From: Bacteroidia bacterium
Lineage (GTDB): Bacteria > Bacteroidota > Bacteroidia > UKL13-3
Length of the DNA stretch: 64,000 nt
NCBI GenBank assembly: GCA_025454875.1
Contig: JALONP010000005.1
Coordinates: 9,431-73,430 of the forward strand
Reading direction: 5' to 3'
In this document: positions 19,743-30,358 of the stretch, one piece after another
How positions within the stretch are numbered: position 1 is the stretch's first letter
Layout of the letters: each line of letters starts with the position of its first letter
The notes under the pieces: model-generated
Database searches by the model: none
Told to the model about the DNA's origin: nothing
Seen by the model: the letters and a program-made list of their open reading frames with translations, nothing else
Made by a program: the position numbers and the translations under genes

Positions 19743-20265
19743 TTTGTCCAATATATTTAACAAACTTGGCAGGAGTTCCAGCGTACAAAGCGTGGTTTTC
19801 AGTTGTGGTATTTAAAGCTGAGTTGGCTGCAATGAGGGTTCCTTTTCCAATATTGGCACCCTCTAAGAGGCTAACGTGGGCGCCAATCCAAGATCCTTTT
19901 CCAATATTCATCTTTTTTGATGTAGGTAAGCCAAATCTGTACGAATCATTTAATTTAGTATGGTTTCCTGGTGAAATAACTACGTATGGCCCGAAGAGCA
20001 CTTCATCTTCGATTGTTAATGAATTTGCTCCAAGAAACCAACAGCCATATGCGATGTATATTGAATTACCGAGTTCAATTTGAGATGGATTATAAAAAGT
20101 TACATTTCTACCAAGTATAAGATTGCGACCACATTTTTTAAAAAAGGGACTGGCAACTCTACCCCTTAAACTCATAAAGAAAACGTTGTCTGGTAGCCAA
20201 TTTAATAGTATTAATACAAAATGAAGTGGCCAATCGTGCCTAATTAGTGTGTATATTCTATTCAT
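19732..20265 (-). CDS. Hexapeptide-repeat (LbH) acyltransferase
   Basis: LFGPYVVI...IGKGSWIGAHVSLL...YAGTPAK. Confidence 0.9.
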   Translation of the reverse strand: MNRIYTLIRHDWPLHFVLILLNWLPDNVFFMSLRGRVASPFFKKCGRNLILGRNVTFYNPSQIELGNSIYIAYGCWFLGANSLTIEDEVLFGPYVVISPGNHTKLNDSYRFGLPTSKKMNIGKGSWIGAHVSLLEGANIGKGTLIAANSALNTTTENHALYAGTPAKFVKYIGQNEV

Positions 20266-20269
20266 AAGG

Positions 20270-21439
20270 TCAATTACTTTGATAACCTTTCATAATCTCA
20301 ACTAACAATTTAGTTTGCCTTTCTAAAGTACACTCTTTTGCGAGTGCGTAAGCTTCTTGTATTTGACTTCTTCTTGCTTTAATGTTAATGATAGTCTCTT
20401 CTATAGCTAGTTTAAGTTCCTCAATACTTTTTGGTGCTATAAGCTTGGCATGCTTTTCACTTAGGAAGTAGGGAATACTTCCAACCTTGGTGGCGATTAC
20501 CGGAAGGCTATTCGCCATAGCCTCCCAAATAGTTCTAGGAAAACCTTCATGATAGGACGGGATCACATAAATATCAGCCTTCCTATAATAGGAATCTAGC
20601 TCTGGTCCAATTGTCTTTTTACCATGGAATACAACTCTGTCACTTATACCAAGTTCACTCGCTTGTTTGTTAATAGCTTCGATATAGCTAAAGCTACCCT
20701 TTTCTTCCCATCCAACTATATCAATATTTAAGTCATACGAATCTTTTAATTGCCCAACTGCGGATACTAATTCTCTTAATCCTTTTTGAAAGTTAATTCT
20801 CCCAGTATATAGAAGGTATATCTTTTTCTGAATACAGGTATCTTCTCTTTTGTAAAAATTGGCTTCGTTTAATGTTGTCGTTTTAACCAAGGATATTGAT
20901 TTGACCTTTTGTTTAAGGGTATTAAAGAGTGCGCCACTATTAACAAGTATTTTGGCATTATTAAGCATCTTGTTCTCTAACCATTGATAATAGTAAGTAA
21001 GAACTATTATTCCTATTTTACGTATAAATGGCTGTTTTAGGTTCTTTAAACCTGTTACATAGTTTCCAACAACAAGAGGAGTGACTTGAATGTTATTTCG
21101 AATTTTATTATAAATATGTGGAGCTAATGGTGAGGGCATTCGAATGAGAAAGCTGTCCAAATGGGCAGTTTCAGAAGTTATAATATCTACTTGTTTATTA
21201 GGTATTAGCAATCTTGCGTAAAAGGTTGTTTTTTTTCCGAGAGAGATTAACTTGATGTTTGGTTTTTGCAAGCAATAATCTTCCTCTTGCGATTCTGTAT
21301 CCTTTTGTTCTTCAAGAAAGATATAAAGTTGTTCAACCTCTGAAGCTAGCGCATCTATAAAAACACCAATGTATCCAGGTACATAAATTCGATTGTTTTT
21401 TTTGAGGAATGTGTTATGATAATAGAATCCGACTTTCAT
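20270..21439 (-). CDS. GT4 glycosyltransferase
   Basis: GRINFQKG, PSYHEGFPRTIWEAMA. Confidence 0.9.
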   Translation of the reverse strand: MKVGFYYHNTFLKKNNRIYVPGYIGVFIDALASEVEQLYIFLEEQKDTESQEEDYCLQKPNIKLISLGKKTTFYARLLIPNKQVDIITSETAHLDSFLIRMPSPLAPHIYNKIRNNIQVTPLVVGNYVTGLKNLKQPFIRKIGIIVLTYYYQWLENKMLNNAKILVNSGALFNTLKQKVKSISLVKTTTLNEANFYKREDTCIQKKIYLLYTGRINFQKGLRELVSAVGQLKDSYDLNIDIVGWEEKGSFSYIEAINKQASELGISDRVVFHGKKTIGPELDSYYRKADIYVIPSYHEGFPRTIWEAMANSLPVIATKVGSIPYFLSEKHAKLIAPKSIEELKLAIEETIINIKARRSQIQEAYALAKECTLERQTKLLVEIMKGYQSN

Positions 21440-22634
21440 TTGAAGATCTTGCTGATGCTGCGGTAACGAGTCCTATAAAAAACCAAACAAATACATTTAC
21501 AACACCTGTAATAAAATACAAGTGAATGGTCATGGCAATATAAGACCAATAGAATGCATTTATTTCTGGTTTTCGGTGGTTGTAATGGCGCACAAATTGA
21601 ATGATATTGTAGAGTATTAAACCCAAAAAAGGCAGAATTAAAAACAAGCCACCTTCGGCAAGCATGTTCGCATATGAGTTGTGCGCACTTTTATCGTTCA
21701 TGCCTTCTTTGTTGACTACAAATTCTGAACCTTCAAACTCACCTACTAAATCTACCGAGACATTGGTGAAATTATTGAGTCCAATACCCAATAATGGATT
21801 TTCTCTGAAAATAATCAAACTTTTTTCAATCATCAATTGCCGTGTTAGATAGGAGCGGTCTTCCAATACCACTTTGTCACTCTCGTACAACAACTCGTGA
21901 ATGCGCGGGTTGGCAGCAAGAACCAAATCTTCTCCTGTTTCACTCATAAGACCAATACCGATGAGCATTGATAAAGCAAGCCCAATCACTAAGGTTTGCA
22001 CCTTAAGGTTTGGAAAAAAAATAGCAATGGTACATGAAAGGAAGGTTAGAACAGAACCGGCTCTGCGGCCTTCACTAATCAATACAATAAGCAACAGTGC
22101 CAAAAGAAACATGGAGCGCATAATTCCGTACTGTTTGTAGATATAATAACAAGCAGGGCTTGCAAAGGCAATAATTAGCAAGGAATAAGAGTTAGGCGAT
22201 GGGTTTGTTAGAAACCCTGGGATACTAAATTGCCTAAAACCAACATAATATAGTGTTAAGATAACTATCCCTATCCAAATATACTTTGCAATATGTTGGT
22301 ACGGAATTTCATGGCGAACGGTTATGAAAATCCAAACCATAATACACCAATACAAGTAATTGGGAAGTACAGCTAGTGCTAAAGCAAGTGACTCTTGTTC
22401 TCCGATTAAGTTTATTGTTGAGGTAATTGCAGCTAACCCAAAGAATAGGGGCAGCAGTTGAGAGGCATTTGAGAATTGTAGTAATGATTTTTTTTGAGCT
22501 AACTGATACCATAATACAAAAACAACCAGCATCGAAACATTGAGCCCTCCAATTAGTAAGATAGGGCACGACATGGTTATCGCTAGCCATTTCCAGAGAT
22601 CACGCACTTTTTGTTGAGTAAGGGTACTAGCCAT
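21414..22634 (-). CDS. O-antigen ligase / Wzy polymerase family membrane protein
   Basis: Many TM segments, SEGRRAG, periplasmic R..M...GIGLNNF...AHNSY..LAEGG (Wzy_C-like). Confidence 0.85.
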   Translation of the reverse strand: MASTLTQQKVRDLWKWLAITMSCPILLIGGLNVSMLVVFVLWYQLAQKKSLLQFSNASQLLPLFFGLAAITSTINLIGEQESLALALAVLPNYLYWCIMVWIFITVRHEIPYQHIAKYIWIGIVILTLYYVGFRQFSIPGFLTNPSPNSYSLLIIAFASPACYYIYKQYGIMRSMFLLALLLIVLISEGRRAGSVLTFLSCTIAIFFPNLKVQTLVIGLALSMLIGIGLMSETGEDLVLAANPRIHELLYESDKVVLEDRSYLTRQLMIEKSLIIFRENPLLGIGLNNFTNVSVDLVGEFEGSEFVVNKEGMNDKSAHNSYANMLAEGGLFLILPFLGLILYNIIQFVRHYNHRKPEINAFYWSYIAMTIHLYFITGVVNVFVWFFIGLVTAASARSSNESRILLS

Positions 22635-23640
22635 TGCTTAAATCTGTTTTCATTTCGGTGTGCCAGTATTGTTCAGCAGTTCTTCTGTTTGAAGCCAAAA
22701 GCTCTGTGGACTTCACATATCCTTTTGTCATTCCTATTAGCATTTGGAACTTGGTAGGATTGTATTTAAGCAGAATATTAAAAAATAATCCAACAATGCG
22801 CCAGAGTGCATACCAGTGGTAATGAATAATAACGAGAAATGGATGGCGGTTATCAAGTCTAGTTTTTTCAAGCGATAAGTACAACCGCGAGTACATCACT
22901 TTTTCTGCTAACTTTTTTGCATTTACGGCATAATTGCTTGCATGTTTTTCGTGATGCCAAAACAGCAGTTTTGGCTCATACAATATTGGACCTTGTTTAC
23001 TTAAGCAGTATCCTATGATGGTATCTTCGCCCATTCCCATTTTTTTTTCAAATAAGGTAAACAAGGTAAAGTTAAAATTGACAAACAAATGTGATTTTTT
23101 TGCAACGAAAGCACCTCCGCTTATCAGTTCGGTATAACCACTCGTAGTTGGTTGTGTGCCTCTAATACCACAAAGGCCAAGTTTGCCTATTTGCGGTTGC
23201 ATATATCCTGTAAGCCAACGCATTTTTTTTATCCAGTTTGACTTGAATTGTGTTTGAGGTAATTGGTCGATTGCGGTTATCACTTTGTTTTTAAAGTTAA
23301 GTGCAATACCTGATATGTGCGGGTGTTGTGATATTGATTGCCTAATTTGTTTCAACACCGTTGCATCAATTGGTTCCATATCATCATCTAAAAACAAAAC
23401 ATAGTTTGCCTTGGCTTTATGGTACCCTAAAAAGCGTTGGTAAGGTTGATTGCGGTGATTAGTTCGAATATAAGTAACGGATTCATTACTTTGAATGAGG
23501 GTGTTTGTTTCTTCACTCGAATCAACTAGGATGATTTGCTCACCGTTATACAATTGCAACAATAATTCAGAAACCAACGAGGCTACTTGGTTTGGTCTGT
23601 TATAAGTTGTAATGATAATGTCAATTGATACAGGCATCAA
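22627..23640 (-). CDS. GT2 glycosyltransferase
   Basis: IITTYNRP, VDSS, FLDDD, GED. Confidence 0.88.
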   Translation of the reverse strand: MMPVSIDIIITTYNRPNQVASLVSELLLQLYNGEQIILVDSSEETNTLIQSNESVTYIRTNHRNQPYQRFLGYHKAKANYVLFLDDDMEPIDATVLKQIRQSISQHPHISGIALNFKNKVITAIDQLPQTQFKSNWIKKMRWLTGYMQPQIGKLGLCGIRGTQPTTSGYTELISGGAFVAKKSHLFVNFNFTLFTLFEKKMGMGEDTIIGYCLSKQGPILYEPKLLFWHHEKHASNYAVNAKKLAEKVMYSRLYLSLEKTRLDNRHPFLVIIHYHWYALWRIVGLFFNILLKYNPTKFQMLIGMTKGYVKSTELLASNRRTAEQYWHTEMKTDLSNG

Positions 23641-24493
23641 TTTTATAAATTACGGCATCAGCTTCAATGCCTCGCATACATTGCAAGTTAATTGGACAAG
23701 GTGTGGTCAACAAACAAGGAGCACATTCAATAGCTGATTGCACAGCATGGGTTGTATGGTAACCTGATTGGTGATGGTGAATATAACCGCCAAATACAAT
23801 TACTGATGGAGTGCTTACTGCGGCTGCACCGTGCATTAGCGCACCTTCTAATCCAACAAATAAATTGCTTTGTTTGATAATGGAAATAGATTGTTTAAAG
23901 GTTGTTTTTCCTAAATACGATGCATCAACTGGTAATGGGATATCAGTATCTGGTCCGATTTGGATTGTGAATGCCTTTTTTTTTACCGATTCAACCACAG
24001 CAATCATTTTGTTCATATCCCACTGTTTATTGGGGCTAAAAGCAGGATTGGCCGTGCTTTGAATTACCACAATAGGTTTGTTGATAGGCAAATTTAATTG
24101 AAACAAAGGCTGGTCGTTTAAGTTGATATAAGGTACAAAATCAGTTGGCAATACCATTTGTAATTTATTTGCCATGCGTTGCATCAAGTGTTGCTCTGGT
24201 TGATCTTGGAGGGTGCCATAATTCAAAATGATAAATTGTTTAGCATAAGCGCTTAGCCAAATGGCCAAATAGTAACTTTTACTTTGGGTTAAGCATTTTT
24301 GAAGGCAGTTTGAATCGGCTAAGAGTTCTTTCTTTTTGTATACAACCCTTAATCTTTTTTGTTGACTTACGGCATAATAATTAAGTACACCGTTTGCCAT
24401 CATCAAGTCGCCATAACTCCCAAAAGTTACAATGATTACCTCTTTGCCTGTAATTAACCAATAGAATAAATATACGATTTCAATCAATGCCAT
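23621..24493 (-). CDS. GT9 (heptosyltransferase-like) glycosyltransferase
   Basis: GDLMM, KQW, GLEGALMHGAAAV..P...FG, C.PC....CP....CM. Confidence 0.85.
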   Translation of the reverse strand: MALIEIVYLFYWLITGKEVIIVTFGSYGDLMMANGVLNYYAVSQQKRLRVVYKKKELLADSNCLQKCLTQSKSYYLAIWLSAYAKQFIILNYGTLQDQPEQHLMQRMANKLQMVLPTDFVPYINLNDQPLFQLNLPINKPIVVIQSTANPAFSPNKQWDMNKMIAVVESVKKKAFTIQIGPDTDIPLPVDASYLGKTTFKQSISIIKQSNLFVGLEGALMHGAAAVSTPSVIVFGGYIHHHQSGYHTTHAVQSAIECAPCLLTTPCPINLQCMRGIEADAVIYKIDACIN

Positions 24494-25698
24494 TATGAAA
24501 GGAGCAATTGCTGGTAAAGTTGAACATACTTTTGAGTTTGTGCTTTTTGGGTAAACAATTGCGCTCTTTCGATGGCTTGCCGGCTAAATGTTGAGTATTG
24601 GTTTGGCTTGCTAATGATTGTCTTAATTGCATTAGCAGCTGCTTCAGCATTGTAACGTGGAACAACAATTCCTGTTTGTTCGTTTACTACATTTTCGGGC
24701 AATCCACCAGCATCACTTACAATGCATGGTAATCCTAGACTTTGTGCTAGTAGAACTGAATTGTTAAATGATTCAGAAATGGATAACAACAAGTATAAGT
24801 CATAATTTTTAAGAGCCTCTATCAACGCTGGTTCGTCAATCCATCCTAGCATTCGCACGTTTTGTTCTAATCCATGCAGTTTAATCAGGTAATTAAGTTC
24901 GATTTCTGTATTTCCAGTTCCGTAAATATCATATTGGAAATCAATATCAAATTCTTTAAGTAATAGCATTGTTTCAATTGCTATATTAAATCCTTTTACC
25001 CATTCTAATCTTGCGGCACTGGCTATCTTCACTTTCGAGGAAATACCTATTTTAGGTGTCGAATCTACACTTACAGGAAGTTGGAATGATGGAGGAATAA
25101 TGGTTGTTTGCTTATGCAATGCCTTGTTTCTTTTAGTAACTTTATCTTTCAAATATTGACCTAATACATGAATATGATCTGCATATCCTAATACCTGATC
25201 ATATTTTGTTGGGTACAAATCAAAGTCTTGTCCGCGTGAGCTCACAAGTACTTTGGCATTGCCAAACCAAGCTTTGGTTTTAAAATGAAATGCAGTTTGC
25301 AGTGCATTGATATGCACTAAATCATATTGTTTGCCCAATAAAGCTCGGTAATAAAATAGCTGACCATAGGTTTGTTTTACTGTTAATCCTTCTCGAACAC
25401 AGTTATTGATTATTTTAAATGTATGCTTAGAATGCAGCAAGCATAATAGCAAAGTATGCAAGTGGCTAAGTGGATTGTACATATTGGTAAAACGGTACAA
25501 TGCCTTAAACAAAACCTTGGCTGTTTGTTCTTTTCCAATTATGGGAAACGCATACTCCCGGTTGCTTTTTTCGAACATCAATAACTGCAAAAAGGGAAAC
25601 TCTTTTTTTAGTTCTGCAAATAAACGGGTGAGGTACGGATGCGTTGCCCCTGGCCATTCGCCAATAATGACTAAAACTTTTGAGTGGTTAAGCGCCAT
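24493..25698 (-). CDS. GT4 glycosyltransferase (WcaL-like)
   Basis: RGQD, ARLEWVKG, ESFNNSVLLAQ..GLP...SDAGGLPE. Confidence 0.85.
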   Translation of the reverse strand: MALNHSKVLVIIGEWPGATHPYLTRLFAELKKEFPFLQLLMFEKSNREYAFPIIGKEQTAKVLFKALYRFTNMYNPLSHLHTLLLCLLHSKHTFKIINNCVREGLTVKQTYGQLFYYRALLGKQYDLVHINALQTAFHFKTKAWFGNAKVLVSSRGQDFDLYPTKYDQVLGYADHIHVLGQYLKDKVTKRNKALHKQTTIIPPSFQLPVSVDSTPKIGISSKVKIASAARLEWVKGFNIAIETMLLLKEFDIDFQYDIYGTGNTEIELNYLIKLHGLEQNVRMLGWIDEPALIEALKNYDLYLLLSISESFNNSVLLAQSLGLPCIVSDAGGLPENVVNEQTGIVVPRYNAEAAANAIKTIISKPNQYSTFSRQAIERAQLFTQKAQTQKYVQLYQQLLLS

Positions 25699-26785
25699 AA
25701 AACTTTACAAATGCTTCTGCATGTTTTTGTGGTGCAAAAAGAGAAGCTAGTTGGCGTTGTGTTTGTATTGAGAGGGTAGGGGTGCTTGTAATCCAATGCT
25801 GTAATCCATTTGCAATGGCTTCTGAGGAAGCTGGTGGTATCAGTTGAACTTGATCGTTATTAGGCAATAGTTCTTTAATATCTCCAATATTGGTTGTAAT
25901 AATTGGAAGTTGTGAAGCAATGGCTTCAACCAAAATATTTGGAAAACCTTCAGCAATACTTGAGCAAATGAGACCCTCTGCTTTCCCAAAATATTCGAGC
26001 AGCTCTTTTTGAGCTTGGTGTCCTACCAACTTAATTTGATTCTCGAGGCCCAAATCTTTGATCATGAATTCAAGTTCGGCACGCATAGGGCCTTCCCCGA
26101 TAATGGTTAATTTAAAGTTTCGGGTATTCAGAAGTGCACATGCTCGAATGAGGTAAGCAAATCCCTTTTGCCAAACCAATCGGCCCACAGCAATCCAATG
26201 GTTTTTTTCAGGTAACCGAACAGGCTTAAAAGAAGTTACATCAAGTGTTGTTCGAATAACTGTGCTTTGTAAGCCGGTAATGGTTTGAAGTGATTTGCTT
26301 AAATGGGTACTTACAGCGTGAATATTTTTAGCCTTGCTGCCGGCCTGTTTGAGTTGCTGTAAATTGGTATCATGCGCTTCGGCTTTTAACAAGTGAATTT
26401 CAGTACCCCTTATGCTAAAGGAATAGGGAATTTGAAGTTCGGTGCAAAGAGGTCCATATTTAATTGCAAGGTTCGAAAAATGAAAGTGCACATGATCGGG
26501 TTTGAGTTTGTTTAATAACCTTCGTTGTGGCTCTTGAAGTTTGTACCATTGATTTCCTGGATATTGAAGTGTTTGAACCCATTGTTTCCATTGTGGCATG
26601 AGATTGTAATTGGGCCAAGCGTATGCTTCTACATTTTGTATTGGAGATGTGATTTTGCCAGTAAAAGGTGTTTGGGTATAAGCCAATTGAAGGTGTATTT
26701 CAGGTGCATGTAGCTTAATGGCTTTTATATGCTCCTTGATAAATGTTTCTCCTGGAAAATGGTTTAACACTTCAAGAACCTTCAT
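25688..26785 (-). CDS. GT4 glycosyltransferase
   Basis: ETFI, HFHF, GRLVWQKG, EGFPNILVEA. Confidence 0.88.
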   Translation of the reverse strand: MKVLEVLNHFPGETFIKEHIKAIKLHAPEIHLQLAYTQTPFTGKITSPIQNVEAYAWPNYNLMPQWKQWVQTLQYPGNQWYKLQEPQRRLLNKLKPDHVHFHFSNLAIKYGPLCTELQIPYSFSIRGTEIHLLKAEAHDTNLQQLKQAGSKAKNIHAVSTHLSKSLQTITGLQSTVIRTTLDVTSFKPVRLPEKNHWIAVGRLVWQKGFAYLIRACALLNTRNFKLTIIGEGPMRAELEFMIKDLGLENQIKLVGHQAQKELLEYFGKAEGLICSSIAEGFPNILVEAIASQLPIITTNIGDIKELLPNNDQVQLIPPASSEAIANGLQHWITSTPTLSIQTQRQLASLFAPQKHAEAFVKFYGA

Positions 26786-27947
26786 TCAAAATATTTATTA
26801 TTTTATGAATGCTGTTATCAATTGCATGGTGGTGCAACCAGTCTCTCCCTTTTGAACCTAGTTGTTTAAAAGTATCCGGGTCATCATGTAGTTTATTTAA
26901 CCAATTCAGAATTTGATCTGTTGTATGTGCATGCAACATGGGATACAAGGTTGGGTATAGGTTTTGGTATTGATTGTCGATACGATGGTGCATCAGTGGA
27001 ATGCCCATTACCAATGCTTCATGGACCACTCCATACGAGAAGTAACTGTGGGTAAGTTCTCCAACCACAACACGCGCCATCGATAATCCCATCATAATTT
27101 CTTTACGAGGCATTAGTGGCATCCAAAATACCCTATCTGTGATATTGAGCTCTTCAATAAGCGCTTTGCTATTGGCCACATCATTACCATATTCATATAG
27201 CACCAATGCAGCTTCTTTATTGAGGCTACAATGCAATGCAAACGCTTTAATCAATAGATCGTTTCCTTTAGAATAGGTTTGGTCTGGAATGTCTTTCCAC
27301 ATTTGCCTTGCGTGCTGAAATACAATAAAGGGGTAAGCCGTTTGAATACGTTTAAAAGCTGCTAGGTAGTTAGAAACATCGCCATATCTTGCTTCATAGT
27401 TTACGTACTGTTTGTTGTATACATGCGGTAAAGCAAATTTATGTCTAATGCCTTTTGGTTCCAATTTATGTAAGAACCCTTCGAAAAAATCGTTGGTTTC
27501 TTCCATTATAATATGTTTGGCATTTCTAAATCCTTGCTTCTGGGCATTAGCAAAGAAGAACCTTTTGATGTTTGACTTAAATTGGCCTCTGTTTTTAATT
27601 CTAGAATAGTGCGGAATACGATACATATCACCGCCATAAGGTACAATGATATCTGCAGTACGACCCGCTTTGTGGATATATGCGGGTGCTACACCTTGAG
27701 CAATTAATTTATCAAATGGTTTAAGCAACGATTTGAGTTTTTGTTTATCGTAGGTTAACCAATTATCATAATGCCAATCCAATAATGGAAACGTTGTGGT
27801 ATCGTGTTCAAATGAATCAGCTTGTGGTTGAAAATGTTCTGGCTCTTGCGGCAATCTGAACAAGGTAACGTTATAGCCTACATCTTTTAAATACCTATAA
27901 AGCGGAAATAAGCCGTTGTTCATATTTCCGATGCAAGCTATTTTCAT
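26772..27947 (-). CDS. Divergent GT-B fold glycosyltransferase
   Basis: GNMNN N-terminus, PYGGD, KGNDLLIKAF, HEALVMGIP. Confidence 0.65.
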   Translation of the reverse strand: MKIACIGNMNNGLFPLYRYLKDVGYNVTLFRLPQEPEHFQPQADSFEHDTTTFPLLDWHYDNWLTYDKQKLKSLLKPFDKLIAQGVAPAYIHKAGRTADIIVPYGGDMYRIPHYSRIKNRGQFKSNIKRFFFANAQKQGFRNAKHIIMEETNDFFEGFLHKLEPKGIRHKFALPHVYNKQYVNYEARYGDVSNYLAAFKRIQTAYPFIVFQHARQMWKDIPDQTYSKGNDLLIKAFALHCSLNKEAALVLYEYGNDVANSKALIEELNITDRVFWMPLMPRKEIMMGLSMARVVVGELTHSYFSYGVVHEALVMGIPLMHHRIDNQYQNLYPTLYPMLHAHTTDQILNWLNKLHDDPDTFKQLGSKGRDWLHHHAIDNSIHKIINILNEGS

Positions 27948-28657
27948 AATTGCGTTTTAGACCTCATTAATGTAAAAGTATCCTCAATTCCAATATTCAT
28001 TAAACAATCAACTATAGACAAACCTGGGAAAAATTCTTTGCTATTAAAATGGTTGTAAGTAGGGTGAATATAGTTTTGTGGAACAAGTTTTATTTGAGCT
28101 TTTTCCCATAGCGGAGGGTCTAGGTAATTAACGCTGCCAGATCCAAATAAATAAGAATCGCCATTTACTTCTTTTACCAAATCAATTAACAAAAGGTTCG
28201 ATTTACTTTTAGATTGCATCTGGCTAGAAAAATGATAGCGTTTATTGAAACCTGCTTTATGAATAAGCTGTTGTATAAAGTATAAGTTAAATTCAACAAT
28301 GTTTGTAAATTTACTTGTATAACATGATTCAATTAGTGGGAATACCTCCGTAAAATAAGGGGCCTTCTTATAATTTTGTGTGAGTGAAGCAAGGTGTTTC
28401 TGGGTAAAATCGGAATCATACGAAATGAGCATTTCATTGATTGGGACGAATTCCCTTTCCGAATCAGATTTTAGAGGAATGGTCAGCCATTGAGGTTTTT
28501 GGTTAATTAAAAACTTAACCCTTTTTGTCCATAATCCATCTCCAGGTCTATTGGTTACATGATCTAGAAAAATGAACGTATCCGCAAGAATGATCTTTTC
28601 TATTGAACCAAGCCATGGAAAAAAATCAGGTTGAGTAATGGCTACAAGGTTTTTCAT
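27944..28657 (-). CDS. WbqC family protein (putative glycyl transferase)
   Basis: QPDFFPWLG..K...D.FI.LD, WLTIP, NYKKAPYF, GLSIVDCLMN. Confidence 0.9.
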   Translation of the reverse strand: MKNLVAITQPDFFPWLGSIEKIILADTFIFLDHVTNRPGDGLWTKRVKFLINQKPQWLTIPLKSDSEREFVPINEMLISYDSDFTQKHLASLTQNYKKAPYFTEVFPLIESCYTSKFTNIVEFNLYFIQQLIHKAGFNKRYHFSSQMQSKSKSNLLLIDLVKEVNGDSYLFGSGSVNYLDPPLWEKAQIKLVPQNYIHPTYNHFNSKEFFPGLSIVDCLMNIGIEDTFTLMRSKTQL

Positions 28658-29316
28658 TTTAGCAGTTTCCTAAATGCATCAATTTCGTTTTGCGTTAATA
28701 AGTTTCCCGACTCGTGCGCATCACTGCCAAATACAAATTGCAAATTTCTTATTTCGTTTAGTGCCGCAATTTCATTTTCATTGGGTAAAGGGTATTTCTT
28801 ATTGAACTCATAACAAACACCTGCAGTTGCCAAGTCATTTAATATAATTGCCCAATCTTCTTTGGTCATTGCCATGTTTTGCCAATTATGATAACAGGTA
28901 GGATGTGCAAACACGTCAGACCATGGATTTAAGGCTGCATTGCGAATTGCTTTTTGATAGGAAGCAACTGTTGGGAAGTTTGGGGTGTGGAATGAAAATA
29001 AGATTATTTCAGCCTCATTGGCCAATTCGTTTGAGATGTCTATATCTCCATCTTCGTTCAGAACTTTGGCTTCTGCACCTACTGCGAATTTCACAGTGCT
29101 TTGTGCGCCTGCCCTGTATACATGTTCTTTAAATTTTAAAAAGTCATATGTTGGAACTTTGCGTATGTGTTCACTAAAAACAATGAACTCAATGCCGTTT
29201 GCTTCTGCCTGTTTAAAATAGGCTTCGGGCATACTTTTGCCATCGGTATACATAGTGTGCATTTGGCAGTCGGCATTGTGCAAGTACGGTTTATACTTTA
29301 ACCATTTACGTGTCAT
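28654..29316 (-). CDS. PHP-domain metallophosphoesterase
   Basis: D.QMHT.YTDG, SEH, SFH, AHP, GSDAH. Confidence 0.85.
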   Translation of the reverse strand: MTRKWLKYKPYLHNADCQMHTMYTDGKSMPEAYFKQAEANGIEFIVFSEHIRKVPTYDFLKFKEHVYRAGAQSTVKFAVGAEAKVLNEDGDIDISNELANEAEIILFSFHTPNFPTVASYQKAIRNAALNPWSDVFAHPTCYHNWQNMAMTKEDWAIILNDLATAGVCYEFNKKYPLPNENEIAALNEIRNLQFVFGSDAHESGNLLTQNEIDAFRKLLK

Positions 29317-30358
29317 AATAATTTGAAATAAATTCTCTTTTAATCCGAAAGCCTTCTTTATAGGTTTTATTTATAGGGTATGGATTTCCAAGTGCTTTTT
29401 GAATTGACCAATGAATCATATCGATGCCAGCTTTTACTGGTAACATAATTGTTCCAGCCATTCTTGGGTTTATCTCAACTAGTTTTGGTTTTCGATTTTG
29501 ATCAAGTTTGACTTGTACATTAACCATGTAATCGAAATCAAATACACTGAGTATCTTTTTCGTGTATTCTACTATTTCGATATTCGTTTCGATAATGGCT
29601 TCAAGGGTCGACATTTGGTAAAGCGCAATTCGTTTATTTGGAATAATGTAAACTGGCTTTCCATTTTCACAAAGGCAGTACACACTGTATTCTTCATGGG
29701 GTAAATATTCCATTACCAGCAGTGGAGGAAAGGAAATTTCATGCGCCATCGCATTCAAAATTTCTTTGTCGCTTAAATAGTATAGTTCGGATGGTTGTTC
29801 CCAAAAAATACGTTTGTGGTGATTGATAGAAGGGTCTAGTATTCGAAATCCTCTTCCACTTTCACTTGGATATTTTGAAGGCTTAATACAAACAGGTTGT
29901 GAAGGATAATTGAGTTTTTGCAATGCTGCAATAAATTCTTCCTGATTTGTAACTTCATACGAAGCAGGAGTACTAATTCCTACTTTTGCTAATGTTTCGA
30001 TGGCTGTTGCTTTATCAAGTGTAGCCAAAACAACTTCAGGTTTTGATAGAACGATGGAGACGCCAATTGCAATGAATGCCTCTCTGTTCTCACTTAAGAA
30101 ATGGGAGTCGGCACTTTTTCCGGGTAAGATAGCGTGAATTTGTTCTTCTTTACAAACTTGCAACATAAAATCTAAATACTCGTTGCTTTTGGTTGGCGGA
30201 GCAACAATGCACTTTAGAGTTGGATACAACTTGCCTAAGTTTGGATTCATATCTGTTAACACCAAACGGTATTTAACTTCTGCGTGGTGAACCAAATGAT
30301 TGATAAGATCAGTTGATGCAAATCCTGCCGAAGGAATTAATACATTGATACTACTCAT
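29306..30358 (-). CDS. ATP-grasp domain ligase
   Basis: DK, IKP...SGRGF, MEYLP.EEYSV, NVQ, EINPRMAG. Confidence 0.9.
   Translation of the reverse strand: MSSINVLIPSAGFASTDLINHLVHHAEVKYRLVLTDMNPNLGKLYPTLKCIVAPPTKSNEYLDFMLQVCKEEQIHAILPGKSADSHFLSENREAFIAIGVSIVLSKPEVVLATLDKATAIETLAKVGISTPASYEVTNQEEFIAALQKLNYPSQPVCIKPSKYPSESGRGFRILDPSINHHKRIFWEQPSELYYLSDKEILNAMAHEISFPPLLVMEYLPHEEYSVYCLCENGKPVYIIPNKRIALYQMSTLEAIIETNIEIVEYTKKILSVFDFDYMVNVQVKLDQNRKPKLVEINPRMAGTIMLPVKAGIDMIHWSIQKALGNPYPINKTYKEGFRIKREFISNYYDT

Noticed and set aside
23040-23230. T8-T9 homopolymers in GT2 (and similar runs elsewhere) as phase-variation tracts
   Set aside because: Runs of this length are expected in AT-rich DNA, and all frames are intact.
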